Positions 40,494 to 54,381 of a stretch of 64,000 nt of DNA are shown piece after piece. Under the pieces are notes generated by a model. That model saw only the letters and a list, made by a program, of their open reading frames with translations. It had not been told where the DNA came from and ran no database searches. The translations under genes were made by a program, and so were the position numbers. Location: the NCBI GenBank assembly GCA_951406725.2, contig OX597823.1, forward strand, positions 32,798,001 through 32,862,000, read 5' to 3'. Source of the stretch: Octopus vulgaris. Lineage: Eukaryota. How positions within the stretch are numbered: the first letter of the stretch is position 1; each line of letters starts with the position of its first letter.

Positions 40494-40841
40494 TCCACGC
40501 TGTAATTGTAAGAAGTTATTATATTTCTTATAAATAACTAAGTTCAAATTTTGCCATGGTCAATTATATCTTCCATCTTTCTGGGGATGATGAAGCATCA
40601 GTGAACTACTGGGGGCAATGTAATCAATTATACCCCCTCTGGAGCTTTATGTTAGGATTAAAGGTAATGTAGTGTGTGGCATGGGACTTATCAAATCATT
40701 TAATCAATTTTAACTCTTAGTCAAATCATTATGGCTTCATATCTTGCTTTTAAAAATACCAAAACTACATCATCCTACATTGTTTATATTATTTACCTGA
40801 TTTACATTTGACGGATATTTGCCCTCATCTTGTTTCTTGTT

Positions 40842-40887
40842 AACACAATGTTTCGGCTGATATACCCTCCAGCCTTCATCAGGTGTC
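40842..40887 (-). ncRNA. Type-I hammerhead ribozyme, left arm
   Basis: Minus strand: gacac-CTGATGA-a-ggctg-gagggtatat-cagcc-GAAA-ca-TT-gtgtt. Core intact; the minimal stem III palindrome acgt is changed to acat. Confidence 0.8.
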
Positions 40888-40940
40888 TTGGGGAAATTTC
40901 GAACCTGGGTTCTCATTCCTAAGGTTTGAAATTTCCCCAA

Positions 40941-40986
40941 GACACCTGATGAAGGCTGGAGGGTATATCAGCCAAAACGTTGTGTT
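40941..40986 (+). ncRNA. Type-I hammerhead ribozyme, right arm (core mutated)
   Basis: gacac-CTGATGA-a-ggctg-gagggtatat-cagcc-[A]AAA-cg-TT-gtgtt. Confidence 0.75.
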
Positions 40987-43256
40987 AACAACAAACAAGA
41001 TGAGGGCAAATATCCGTCAAATGTAAATCAGGTAAATAATGTACATAATTCCTCATCTCTTAAATATAGAACTGTACATCATCCTATATCAGCATTTTTG
41101 GGGTTTTTTTAAACTAACCCTCACACACTACTACTCATTAAAAAGTATTAAATCATCACTGAAGCAGTGGCTGACACATCACTGTGTTAAACTGTATCCT
41201 CATCTGTTAGGATTCAGATTCTCTCTCTCTCTCTCTCTCTCATTGCCCCGAAATCAGTATTCCCTTGTAACTATCTCTTCAGGTGGCTCAATAAGAATAC
41301 CAATAATGGATCTCCATCAATTAAGAGGATGAATGATCAATTATCTCCCCCTCCCTCAAATATGCAATCTCACTCAGTCAAGAGCACTTTTCCATATTTT
41401 CTTTCTTTTCATTGTCTTGCAAGTTACTAGTGCCAGTACACACTGTAAATTAGTTACGTTAGGAAGAGCATCAAGGCATAGGAACCATGCCAAAGCTGAC
41501 ATTGGGGCTGGCTGCAGCCCTGCAGCTAGTTAGGCCCTGTCAAACCATCCAACCCATGCCAGCATGGAAAACAGACATTAAATGATAGTGATGAATTAGC
41601 ATGGAAGTGACTGAGTATTCCACAGACATGTGTACTTTTAATGAAATTCTCAGACAGAATCAGTATTACACAGTGTATGACAAAAACTCGACCCTTAAGT
41701 TACAGGTACCAGGGACAGACCCAAGGGGGGAGGGAGGACTGAGGGGTACTGCCCCCTCCCTCAAGAAAAGAAGTGCACCCTTCTAAATAATGTTTTTACA
41801 CCCTTTTCTCATAGAATTGTATTCCCTTCTGACCTTCAGAAAACTCTTGGGACTACACCTGGGTATAATCTATTTGATAGGTTTCTGAACAGTTTGCTTC
41901 ACTTGGGCCAGTCAACTTGAAGCCTTAGTAAAAAAACGCTGGTCCCAGATGTTACACAGTAAGATTGAACCTAGAACATTTTCATTGCAAAGTGAACCCT
42001 TAACTAATAAGCTGTCCTGATACCTGTGTAATAAACTTCAAAAATTGGCTTCTGTAAGGAGACAGAATATACCTTAACTACTACTACTACTACCATTGTT
42101 GCTCTTATTCGTTTCTCTCTCCACCTCTTTTTGTTGCAAATCATCACGTAATAATTATTTACTACAGGATGGTAGATGGCAGAATTAGTAGAGTGACATT
42201 TAAAATACCTTGTAATAATTGATTATCTCTCTTTACATTCTGAGTTCAAATCCTGCCACAGTCAACTTTGCCTTTCATTTCCTTCTCTCTCTTTCTTTTT
42301 CTTTTCTTTTTTTTAGGGTAGGGGCAATTAAATAAAATACCATTTAAATACAGAGGAGGAAATGTAATCATTTTACCCCACTCCTCTCAAATTTATGGTT
42401 CTGTGCTTATGCAAGACATTATTATTTTCAACATCAGATGAGCCCCACCACCACCACCACCCTATGCAATATCTCTGACAGGATTTTTTAATTAAGTCAA
42501 TGAAAAAATAAACCAAACATCTGTTTCTAATTACATAATTATGTATTTTGTGTAATGTAAACACATCCCAACACATATTTGTTTGCCCAGCCATACCCAC
42601 CCCTATAAATCTATGTTTACCCTTCCACACCCTGTATTTACACTACCACATCCAATCCTATACATCCTTTCCACATATACACACACAACCACCTGACACA
42701 TCTAAAATTAATACTCTTCCACTTTTAACTTAATTAACCCTGTTACTAATTATTTAAGTTTATTTATTTATCGTTATTGTTAATGATTTGTTTAATTTTG
42801 TTGTTATTAAATATTTCATTTTAATTAAGTTTTCTCGTTGCTATATCCAGCCTTCTACCCCAATTATCAACTGTGATCTTAACGACATGGCATTTCTGTT
42901 ATTGGTCAACGCCATAACAAACCTTCTTGCAATTAGTAATCATTAAAAATCTGATTTGGTTATATTAGTACTAAATTCATTTTTATGAAGATGTGTGTGC
43001 ACATGTGTATCTTGTGTATGTGTGTATGACTGTGTTAAAAGTTAATTTATCAATGCAGTGACAGCTAAAATCTATGGATAAGGAAATTAATGTGTGTGTG
43101 TGTCTTCACATTTTAGTAGCTGAATCATTGTAGCTGTTAAAAATTATTCAGAATAATTAAAAATACTATATTAAAAGCTATTAGAAACGCTGTTAATTGA
43201 TCCACTATTACTTTAATGTATTTGGTAATAAAATATATGAAAGTTTTTTCAAATGG

Positions 43257-43308
<52 letters not shown>

Positions 43309-44015
43309 TTGTTCATAAGACATCTACAACTTGCTCAGAGACACTCTAATCCATTGTCTCAATGAAACAGAGTATCAGGGAAAAAAACAGGTTCAGTGTA
43401 TTAGAATATCAGTGAGCAGGTCTTAGATGTATAATGCAAAGACAATATAAAACTCAATAAATATTGTCACAAACAAATAAAGTAAAAGAAATATATATAA
43501 TAGTGTAGGTTTAATGTCTACTATGATTCTGGCATATATATGTGTGTGTGTGTGTATGTGTATATAGATGTATATATGTGTGTGTATGTGTATATATACA
43601 TGTGTGTGTGTGTGTGTATATATATAGATATATGATTGTATATATATACATGTATATGTATGTATGTATATATATATATATACACACATATATGCATAGA
43701 CAGACACACATATGTGTTTTTCATTTGTTTTATTTGATCTGAAGGCTGCTCTATTCCTAGACTGGCTAACAACAACTGTGATGGTCTCAGACTATAATCA
43801 ACTCTGTATAATTCACTATTATATATACACTCTCTCCTTCTTGTCTCTTTGTTGTTTTCATTTCCAAAGTTAAAAATATGAAAGGTGGGCAGAAATGTAG
43901 ACTGTTGATATTTGTTATGTACAGAAGTTACACACATGCACACACACACACTTCTATATATGCATTATATATATATGTATATGAATCAAAGTATTCAGTA
44001 TTATAGACCGATAGC

Positions 44016-44095
44016 AGCCAATTTTATCAATCAGTTTCACACAGGATATTAGGTAATCAGACAATTATCACTAACTCTGCTCATCAGAGTTGACT
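44016..44095 (-). ncRNA. Degenerate hammerhead-like motif
   Basis: Minus strand: agtcaact-CTGATGA-gcagagttag…ctaatatcctgtgt-GAAA-ctgattga-TA-aaattggct. The stems are imperfect. Lies near a (TA)n tract. Confidence 0.45.
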
Positions 44096-46373
44096 GGCAT
44101 ACAAATACACACACACACACGCACACATGTAAAAAAAAATTCCATAGAAGAGCTTGATAAGGTTTGTTTGCTTGTATTGCAAAATTATTTGTTAGTAATC
44201 TAAGTAGAGCGTCTTTGTTTTATGTTGTTTTTCAACTCCCCACAACTATTACTGTAATTATATAACCACACGAATGACACACCATAATTCTATAACTACA
44301 TCAGCTACCACACATGCACATCATGACATCAGCACAATCAGATCGTTGGTTATTTGTGATTAAAACAAGTGCCAGAAGAGTAGAAGTTTCCAACAAGCCA
44401 ACCTTGTGTCCTGGTTTCAATTTCACCTTGTAGCTGTTCCAAATATATATATAATATTTCTTTATTTTATTCCCAAACCCTTCTATAAAGAAAAGCCATT
44501 AACATTACAACTTCTCATTTCACTTTGAATAATTTGAAGCTGTCTGTGTAAGAAAGCAGGTTGTTATTATTGCAGCCAGTAACAGAATCTGCAGAGCAAC
44601 AACCAAAATAAAATACATTACTATATTTAATTATGTTTTATTACATTTTGAGTTCAGATCCTGACCCATTTCACTGAATATTTTATCCTTGGTGACAGTG
44701 AGGGTGAAGCATTTTCAATCACGTACTGGAGTTAATATAATTGATTATGACCTTTCTTACAAAATGTATAGGTTTGTGCCAGCAGAAATGGTAGTGTTGG
44801 ACTTAATGCCTTTTAGGATCAGCTGCCACTGAGCACTGTCCACTTATCATTCTGAGACTTTCTGCCAAAGTTAGAAATTATTATTAATGTTGTTGTTGTT
44901 GTTATCATCCTCATCACCACCTTCATCATACATAGTTATGTTAAATAGCATCTGTGTAGAACCATTTGTTGCAACTTGTAAGTCTGTATGTGAACACAAC
45001 AAATGAGGATGGTGGTGATATCTAAATTAAAGGAATCTCTTGTCAAACTTGTAGGACAAGTTGTGATGTCTGAGTGTCTGCAGTCACTAAAACCAGTGAA
45101 TTTGGGTAAAATTATAAATACTACTATAACTATTAATTATGATAATAACAGTAATAAAAATTATAATGATGATGATAAATTAAAATTAGATAAACAAATG
45201 AAACTACTACACATTTTTAATGAAACACTACAACAAAACTAGCAAACAAAAGAAGTTCAAACTGGTTTTATATACAATTCCTGACAGTCTTTGGTGGGAA
45301 GAAGTAGTAGAAGAGGGTGGGGAGTTGCCTCAGGGTGGGTCAGATGGAATGTATGCTTATAAGAATGAATGACTTCTGACAGAAAATTGCAAAATGATAA
45401 AGAAAAAAAAAAGATATATATCAATAAAAATATCTCTAAAAAAATAATAATACTATTAATTAAACTAAAGATAAAAATTCAATATTCATTGACCTTCTTC
45501 TAGTTGCATGGCAAAGAGAGATACAATTATTTCCTGTTTGTTAAGTACTAACCTCAAATGACCGAAAAAATAAAAAAAATGTCTGTTAGTCTTCAATATA
45601 TAATATAATATAAACATATATATATATAATATGTGTGTATATATATATATATATATAATATAATATAATCGTATATATATGTATGTATGTATACATATGT
45701 ATGTATCCATATGTATATATATAAATGTAAACGTGTGATACTTGTATGTGTGTGTATATGCTTGTGTGTGTGTGTGTATATATATATATTTATATATATT
45801 TATACATAAATATGTATACATGTGTATGTGTGTGTGTATATATATATATATGTATATGTATAAATATGTGTATATGTATGTATAAATATATATATGTGTG
45901 TATATATGTATTTACATGGGAAATGTATACATTTCGATATGTATGGGTATATAATGTAGACATTCACATATATACATTATATGTATATATATCTGTATGT
46001 ATATATGTATATGCTTATGTGTGTGTGTGTATATATATATATGTATATATATATTCATATATGTGTATATATATAATAAATATTTATTTTATTCCCCAAC
46101 CCTTCTATAAATGTTATGTCTATCTATCGTAACAAGCTAATCTCCATCCCCCACCCCCTCTTAAACATCAAACAAAATTTTGAAAAAATTTTTAAAAAGA
46201 CAAAAAAAAATAAACATGAATAAACTGCTCCACCCCACCCTGCTCCCAACAAAAAAAAACTTTTCATTGCATGTCCATCTTTCTGCTATTTTAATCTATT
46301 GTTACTGTTATTGTTATTATTATTATTATTGTTGTTGCTGTTGTTGTTATTCTCATCATCATCATCATCAACT

Positions 46374-46419
<46 letters not shown>

Positions 46420-46677
46420 TCCTACTACTACTACTACCTTTCACAAAATAATTTTCTCTTTTTTTTTTATTCCATCAAATTAAGGAAACAGAAATTCAAT
46501 AATTATATTTATTGTTGTTTTTTTTTTTTCTTTTTGTTATGTTATTTTTTGTTGTTATTTTCTTCTATTTTATTTCATAATAATTGGGTTTTTTTTCTTC
46601 TGTTCTTTTCATTTTTTGACTTACATATACACATGCTCACACACAAACACACACGAGTATGTGTATTCAAGTATGTA

Positions 46678-46735
<58 letters not shown>

Positions 46736-47120
46736 TAATGTTTACATGCATTCATACTATATATTATAAATAACACCACAAAATACTAGATCAAAATGAG
46801 TGTTTTTCCCCTGATTTGCTGCAGTAGAGTTTGTCTAAGTTTCCTAAATAGTTGCATTCCTTTTCACTATATAGAGACAGACAGATAGTGAGGCACTGTT
46901 CTGTCAGTTTTAACCTTTTTTTTTTTAGAGAACTTTCTCATTCCTCCTTCCAGCTATGGTTCATCAATTTAAAGATATCTTCACAAAAGAAACAAACTTG
47001 ACCAGTTGACCACTAGCTACAACATACATACACATGCTTAGGACATTATTTGGGGCAGCTTTTTCCCTTTTTTTCTTATTTTTTTTAATGGTATGAAAAT
47101 GGTCACACATGATGATGATG

Positions 47121-47154
<34 letters not shown>

Positions 47155-47993
47155 GGGGATTACAGAATACCTTGTGGGTTTCATTTGACAACAAAACTTT
47201 GAGAATTGCATATTACATAAAAACGTGTGTGTGTGTGTGTGTGCGTGCGTGTGTGGTGTATGTAAATATGTGTGCATTTATGTATGTGTGTAAATATATT
47301 TATATACATGAAATTAGTAAAGCTGAATTTATTAATTACGATAAAATATGTGCTCAAAATTATTGTATAATGATAATAACAAAAAATATATTTGTTCCTA
47401 TGTAATTATATGTGTGAGTGTGTGTGGGTCTCAATATATTTAAAATGTTCTTTACGTCTTTTTTTTTTATAACTTCATTAATCACACACACACACATGTA
47501 TACAAATACAAACATTTATATGCACACATAAACTTATACATCTAAGATATACAAATTACACTTTTGTTGACATTTTAGAAGATTAAGTTTTATCTCTTCA
47601 GTTGTACTTCAGAAGATTCTCACAAAATTACATCAATGTTTGCATATTTACTCTCTATTACTTCTCTTTCGTTTCTGCTCCAAACTATAAACCCTTGCTC
47701 CCCAATGCTGCCTGTGGAGTGCCAATTGAGAGCAGGCATCAATGCTATTTCTCTCTCTCTCTCACACATACACACACACACACACGTCGACTCATCAGTA
47801 ATGTCTGCTTAACTATTTCAATACCCTGAGATCATAATTATTATGATCTCAAACTATATATTTCATGTCAAAATTATTTATTTAATCAACGCCACTAATT
47901 ATTATTATCATTATTGTTATTATTATTATTGGTTTGTTTTTGTTAATTTCTCATAATGTATATTTTAGTTATGATAATAATAACAATAATGAC

Positions 47994-48030
<37 letters not shown>

Positions 48031-48066
48031 CCTCATCATCATTCTGTTCTATTTTTCAGAATTCTT

Positions 48067-48137
<71 letters not shown>

Positions 48138-48145
48138 TACACATG

Positions 48146-48176
<31 letters not shown>

Positions 48177-49419
48177 GCATGTGTGTATTGGTATGTATGT
48201 GTATGCATGTCACATATATACACGCATTAGCAAATACACATTTTTCATATTCAAAAGAGAAACAAAAAAAAAACAAATTTTTCCATTGCTAATTCAATAA
48301 TTTTTTTTTTTTAAAACTTTTTTTCCTCCAAGCGGTGTGAGGTGGAGGGGGGTTACAAATCTACGTTTGCTCCCCCTTCTTGCCTTCCCTTCCCATTCCT
48401 CGTTTGTCTGACATCATTGTTCTCATCCCTATTAAAACAGCTCTTTAAGCTCACTGAAAAAAAAATTGTCTGCAATACAACCACAGCCGTTGCACCAGTA
48501 CATAATTCTTGCTGACCCTCCCCACTTCTTTATCTCTCTCTCTTTCCCTTTCTGTCTTTCACATTCTAAATATATAGTTAGAATCTTTATTCTTCTTTCC
48601 TCACACTCTCCTTCCTTCCTACTCTTTTTCTTTCTTGCACCCCATTTTTTCCCCTTTTCCTTTATATATTAATGGATTTGAACAATTGAAAATAGCACTG
48701 GGATGTCTTAAAAATATTTCTAAACTATTGAATTGCAGAAATTTTTTCTCCCAAGTTTAAAACGGTGTATCAGGATTTTTTGAGATTCAGAAAAACTCTG
48801 CAAAGTTGCTTGCTTCTGTGCAGATTTCTGTGCTCAGAATACCCTGCATCCAACTTCATTTGGACTGTGATTTCTGTACAATTCAGTAAGTTTGTTTTTA
48901 GGAATGTGTATGTTTAACACATAAACAAAAATAGTTTTTTTTTTGTTCGTTTCTTATTTTATTTTTCAAATTTGCTATCATTGCTGAATGCAAATGCTGG
49001 TTGTTTTTGCAGACAGATGAACCACACTAGCAGACTCTCAGGAGGCTGACCTTTGACTAATGCAACACAATATTTGGTTAGTGACCCCTAGCAGTGTTAT
49101 ATACCACAAGAACTTAATTGAAATTATTCATTGGCTGATTTTGGGTAGAAAAATAAACAAAAAAAGTTATTTGCTCAGAATTTGACATCATAAAAATAAA
49201 ATATACATATATAAATATATATTTATAATATATACATCCGTACATATACACGTGTATGTATGCATGTATGTATTCTATTCCAAAATTGGCCAGTGTTATC
49301 AGTGCATATAAAATGCATTTAGAAAAACAACTGTCTTTATTATTCTCCTTAAGTGAGACAAAAAGTACAATAAACATACATACATTCAATGATCTGTTAT
49401 TATAGATACACATTTGATA

Positions 49420-49461
<42 letters not shown>

Positions 49462-50489
49462 TATACATATATTTATGTATGCATACACATATATATAATT
49501 ATATATACATGTGTGTATATATATATATATACATATATATATAATTATGTATATGCATATATATATATAATGAAATTACATTGTGTAAATGGCATACTGA
49601 GCTGTTTTAAGAAGAGATAATTTATTTTGTTAATCCTGATACCTTAATCCTGGAATATTTAAAAATCTCTATGTTTTTGCTCTGTGTTTTCATGTAATAA
49701 AATTTTGAATGTCTCCTCCTGGTTTCCTGAAAATTTTATTTAAAGCATTTTTTAAAAATAAGTTTTTTATTTTCTTTTTCCGTTTCTTCTTTTGTAATTT
49801 TTTAATTATCCTAAATGACAAAACAAAAATCAAGCAAAATTGAAAAAGAACAATTGTGAAACCCCTGAAAATGGTACTATAACCAGTCTCCTCCTTTACT
49901 TCATCACTGAAGTTTGACTTTTCAGATACAGAGGATAAGTCACCATTACAAGTTTAGTTAAAAAATCTATTAACCATGCAAATATTTCAATATTTTTGAA
50001 CCTTCCTCATCCTAATCTGATCTAAACATCCACCTGACCCTTCCCGCCAGTTTTTGCTATCACAAAATCTGAGCATGTACTATTTATCAGGCTATATCTA
50101 TATAGCTGTTAATATTTTCTCTTGTTTTAATACATTCAAGATCATTTGTAAACTATTTGTGGGTCACATATGCATAATGCTTTTAAAATCTAATAATTTT
50201 CTTTCAAATTTCTCTCAAATACCATCACTTGTATGTAATATTTATAAAAAGAAACAAGCATAATTTTTTCCTGCTCCATAAAACTCTCTTTCCCTGACTG
50301 TAAAAAAACCCAAAAAACACTCAAAATGGCAACCACATTTTCCACTCCAGTTTTATTATTTTTCACTGTTGTGAATATATATGTGTAGGTGTTCTTACAT
50401 CTTCTGATGTTTATAATACCTGCTTTTTCTTTCATCTGGTTATCATGTAGGCAACACACTAGTCCTGCACTGCAATATTAGAAAGCTGT

Positions 50490-50642
50490 CATTGGCCAAA
50501 TATATGAAAGCTAATGCCATTGATTGAAAATAAGAAATATATTACCAATGGTCAAATATATGAAAGCTGATGCCATTAGTTAAATCTAAGAAATATATTG
50601 CCATTGGTTAAATATAGGAAATGTATTGCTATTGGTTAAATA
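50490..50642. repeat. 27-bp tandem repeat with alternating variants
   Basis: cattggccaaatatatgaaagctaatgc / cattgattgaaaataagaaatatattac, repeated ~5.5 times. Confidence 0.75.
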
Positions 50643-51408
50643 CATACTCCAGTTAATTAATCATCTCTAGATTGGTTATGTGTGGCTCACATTCTAGAAC
50701 AATCATTTATCGCAAAAAGAAATAAAACTACAATCATGATATTAATACAAGCCTTCTTAAATATATATTGCTCAACGCACATTAATATCACTTAGAGGTC
50801 TGGTACAAAACAACACATTATTGGCAGAATGTTTGCTGAAATGTTATGTATAGGATTCATATTTGAGATATATTTTTATGGCTATACCTTAGACTTCAGT
50901 TATTTGTTATGAACAAGTAATCATTTTATTCTTCTGCTTAAAAAATGTGCATACAAATTAGGAATCTATGAAAATTGGTTTGGGGGTTGAAAATGCAGCT
51001 AGTCTTAAAACAAATTGTTTTTTTTTAATTTTCTTAAAATTTATTAAAATACTATACCAGTTTCAACCATTTTTCTTTTCTTTCAAGGTTACATAAACTT
51101 TACTAAACACTTGAATTTTCAGCCTATAATTTTGTTATGAAACCTATTGAACATTTGAGTTTTGAGCATGTTTTGTTGCTATAAAACCTTTTTCTCTGCA
51201 TTTTCTTTTCTTTTAAATACAAGCCTTATTTTTTATTTATGATTGAAAAACAAAGAATCGTTGAAACCAGGGTGGTATTTTGTGAAATCTAAAAAAGAAC
51301 TACAATTCCTTTCAAGATCCCAATGCATTTTCAACCCCAAAACCAAGCTGAATGTGTATAGGCATGTGTGTATTTTGAAAAAGGTGTTCAGAATTTTGTA
51401 TAATTCTT

Positions 51409-51448
51409 TATTAGTGCTTTTGTCTCATTCATGGAGACTCCTCAGATA
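51409..51448 (-). ncRNA. Type-I hammerhead in inverted pLTR (core mutated)
   Basis: Minus strand: tat-CTGAGGA-gtctc-catgaat-gagac-[A]AAA-gcac-TA-ata. Confidence 0.65.
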
Positions 51449-53232
51449 TCAGTTTTACAGAAAATTTCTTCGCCTTTTATCCAAATCCTGAAAAGAATGT
51501 CTTTTTTTTGTTCTATGTGTGTATATATAGAAAAAGGAAAGAAGGAAAGGAAGACAGAAAAAAAGAGTGTTTTTTTTTTCTTTTTTTTTTCTCCTATGAG
51601 ATGGCTTTTATTGTTATATTTTGGAGTGGTCTCTGGTTTGTAGTTTTTTCACAGGTGACTGATGTTAAATGACATTTTAAAATGTCAATTTTGATTTTTG
51701 GAAAGAGAAAGGAAGATAGAGAACAGTGCTTCTTTTCAATTGTTTTGTATGGATGTGGTGGTCAGCCTGTTGAAGTTTAATTCCAATTCAAGATATCAAC
51801 TTTGATTTAGTCATTGTTTTTGAAAGCATTCAGAATGAAGGACTGTGGATACAGCAGATGTGGACCATGTAGCAACAACAACTTCAAATATTTGGACAGT
51901 GGTTCCCACATAAAATTTGAAAGCAAATTCTCCTTCTAAACAAATAAAGATATGAACAAGACACAGAACCTCATATACTGCATCCCAAGTGCAAGGAAAA
52001 TTATATTAATGAAACCGACAATTCTCTTTGCCAACATGCAAGAATCTGCAGACAGCAACTAAAGGAATTATGCAATATTCTACTGAGGAAGAATCTGGAA
52101 ATATGTGAAAATGGCAAATTCAAAGATTTTTCCCTTCTACAAATAAATGACCAAGAGATGACTCAAAGTTTCAAAAGACAATGAAACTATATTTTATCAA
52201 AAAATTATCAACAAAATAAAACATTTGACAGAAAAGCAATGCCAAATACACTCTTTGAAATTGAACAAGTCATAGACACTACCTTACATAGTTAACTTAT
52301 ACAGGTACTGTACCTTGCTAACTTTTCCTGAAAATATGGTCAGAGTGAAATAATCAAATGCAAGTATTGAATACTGCAGTTTGACCCTCTACAAGTGTAT
52401 CATTTTGTATGAAATTAATCAACATTGGAACAAGTATAAACTGGACTTGGACATTTTGGATTTCTTTCATATTTTATAATTATAACTGTTCTTGCTTAAG
52501 AATCACTTTTTCAATCCTCGACTAACACTCAAAACACCTTGGCAGTATAAAATATATATGCATATATACACTTGTGTGTATATGTGAGTGTGTGTGCACA
52601 TATGATAGTTAGGATGTACATATGCAATGTGTATATGTATAATATGTGTGTGTGTGTGCGTGAATATGTAGATGGGTGAATAGATGTGTATGCATGCTCA
52701 TATATGTATATATGCATACATATTGGGTGTATTGTGTGAGTGTATGTATGTGCATATTTACAAACATGTTAATATGTATATAAGAGAAGACGAGACAGAT
52801 GTTTTCAAAAGCAATGACTGAATCAAAGTTGACATCTTGAATTGGAATTAAACTTCAACAGGCTGACCACCACATCCCTACAAAACAATTGGAAAGAAGT
52901 AACTTTCTCTTTGTCTTTCTTACTCTTTCCCAGAAACAAAATTGACATCTTGAAATGTCATTTAACATCAGCCACCTATGAAAAAAACCTACAAACCAGA
53001 GACCATCCACAAATATAACAATAAAAGCCATCTCACAGGAAAAAAAAAAGTAACCACTTTCTCTCTTCCTCCTTTCTTTCTTTTTGCTTTCTTTTCTCTT
53101 TTTTGTCTTCCTCTCCTCCCTTCTTGCTTCTTTTCTCTTTCTATAAACACATGCATATAACAAAACAAAACAAAAAAAAGACATTCTTTTCAGGATTTGT
53201 ATAAAAAGCAAAGAAATTTTCTGTAAAACTTA

Positions 53233-53272
53233 TATCTGAGGAGTCTCCATAGATGAGACGAAAGCATTAATA
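53233..53272 (+). ncRNA. Type-I hammerhead with intact core
   Basis: tat-CTGAGGA-gtctc-catagat-gagac-GAAA-gcat-TA-ata. Perfect 5-bp stem II, short stem I and minimal stem III. Confidence 0.75.
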
Positions 53273-53458
53273 AAGAATTATACAAAATTCTGACCACCTC
53301 CTTTTTCTTAATATATAAAATCTTTACATAACTTCAAACAACCTATACATATATACGTATATATATATGTATAAATAATGTGTATGTGTATACATACATA
53401 TATGTGTGTGTATTTATATAATTAATGAGAAAGATGGAAGATACGAGAATCTTTATTG

Positions 53459-53564
53459 ATCACAACAATCATTTCAACCCATCTAGCATCAATCCCTTGT
53501 GGGTGGGATACTACACAACTGGTTTAGGTGTATTGCTCAGTGTAGATGTTTCTTCTCAGGTGAT
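53459..53564 (-). ncRNA. Hammerhead with long stem II (core mutated), within repeat 53422-53602
   Basis: Minus strand: atcac-CTGAG[A]A-gaaacatctac…ctagatgggtt-GAAA-tgattg-TT-gtgat. Confidence 0.6.
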
Positions 53565-54274
53565 TTCAAGAGGTATCTCATTAAAATAAACTATTTCACA
53601 CAACTTATTATTGCATGTTTTCTTGGTTTTCATAGATAGAAATGGCAAAATCACAGATACTGCTTCTTTCTTAGAGAAGATTAATAACAATAATCAGATA
53701 CAAAAGGAAACAAAATACAGCCAAAAAATTTATTATTTATATACCGTTTGTAGATATGGATGTGCAAACACCCACACATACATGGTCTGGTGCATGTACA
53801 CATGGTCATACAAATGCACACTCACATACAAACACACATACAAACACACACACACACACATGGTCTGGTGCACACAGAATTAAGTAGGTATTAATAAAGT
53901 CAGTGCCAATTAATGGCAAGTGATACAATATTCTTTGGTGATGAGGCACATATTCTGTGCTGCACTCCATTGGGTCTTACAGATGTATCTTTAAGGTACT
54001 CATAAATGCAGACATAAATATTGACATACACTCATACGTACTCACATGGACATAATCACACAGTCCAGCATATATTGCTATATGTTTACATAGTCATGTT
54101 AACATGCATCTATTGTTGCATCTTTGTGGGTTTGTATGCACACACATACACTTAAACACATTTTTGTACATAGTTTCTTCCACATCTTTATAAGTGTATA
54201 AATAGGCACATAGATGTATATACTTATGTGAAAATAGATGTATATACTTGTGTGAAAATGAGATACATCTTGAA

Positions 54275-54381
54275 ATCACCTGAGGAGACACATCTACAGC
54301 AAGGGATACACCTAAACCAATTGCGCAGTATCCTACCCTGTGGGGGATCAGTGGTAGATGGGTTGAGATGATTGTAGTAAT
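54275..54381 (+). ncRNA. Hammerhead with long stem II (core mutated), within repeat 54248-54425
   Basis: atcac-CTGAGGA-gacacatctac…gtagatgggtt-GA[G]A-tgattg-TA-gtaat. Inverted paralogue of 53459-53564. Confidence 0.6.

Larger units (their letters stand above)
40778..41074. mobile_element. Palindromic non-coding PLE-derived insertion with a 12-bp TSD
   Basis: Arms of ~119 bp (40788-40906 and 40922-41040) with a 15-nt spacer. tacatcatccta is duplicated at 40766-40777 and 41075-41086. Confidence 0.85.
51383..53298 (+). mobile_element. Penelope-like element: inverted pLTR, GIY-YIG remnant and pLTR
   Basis: 51383-51829 is an inverted copy of 52799-53298. 51961-52222 translates (with frameshifts) as TQNLIYCI…KCKENYINETDNSLCQHARICRQQLK…GKFKIFPFYK…YFIKK. 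Each repeat has a hammerhead. Confidence 0.8.
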
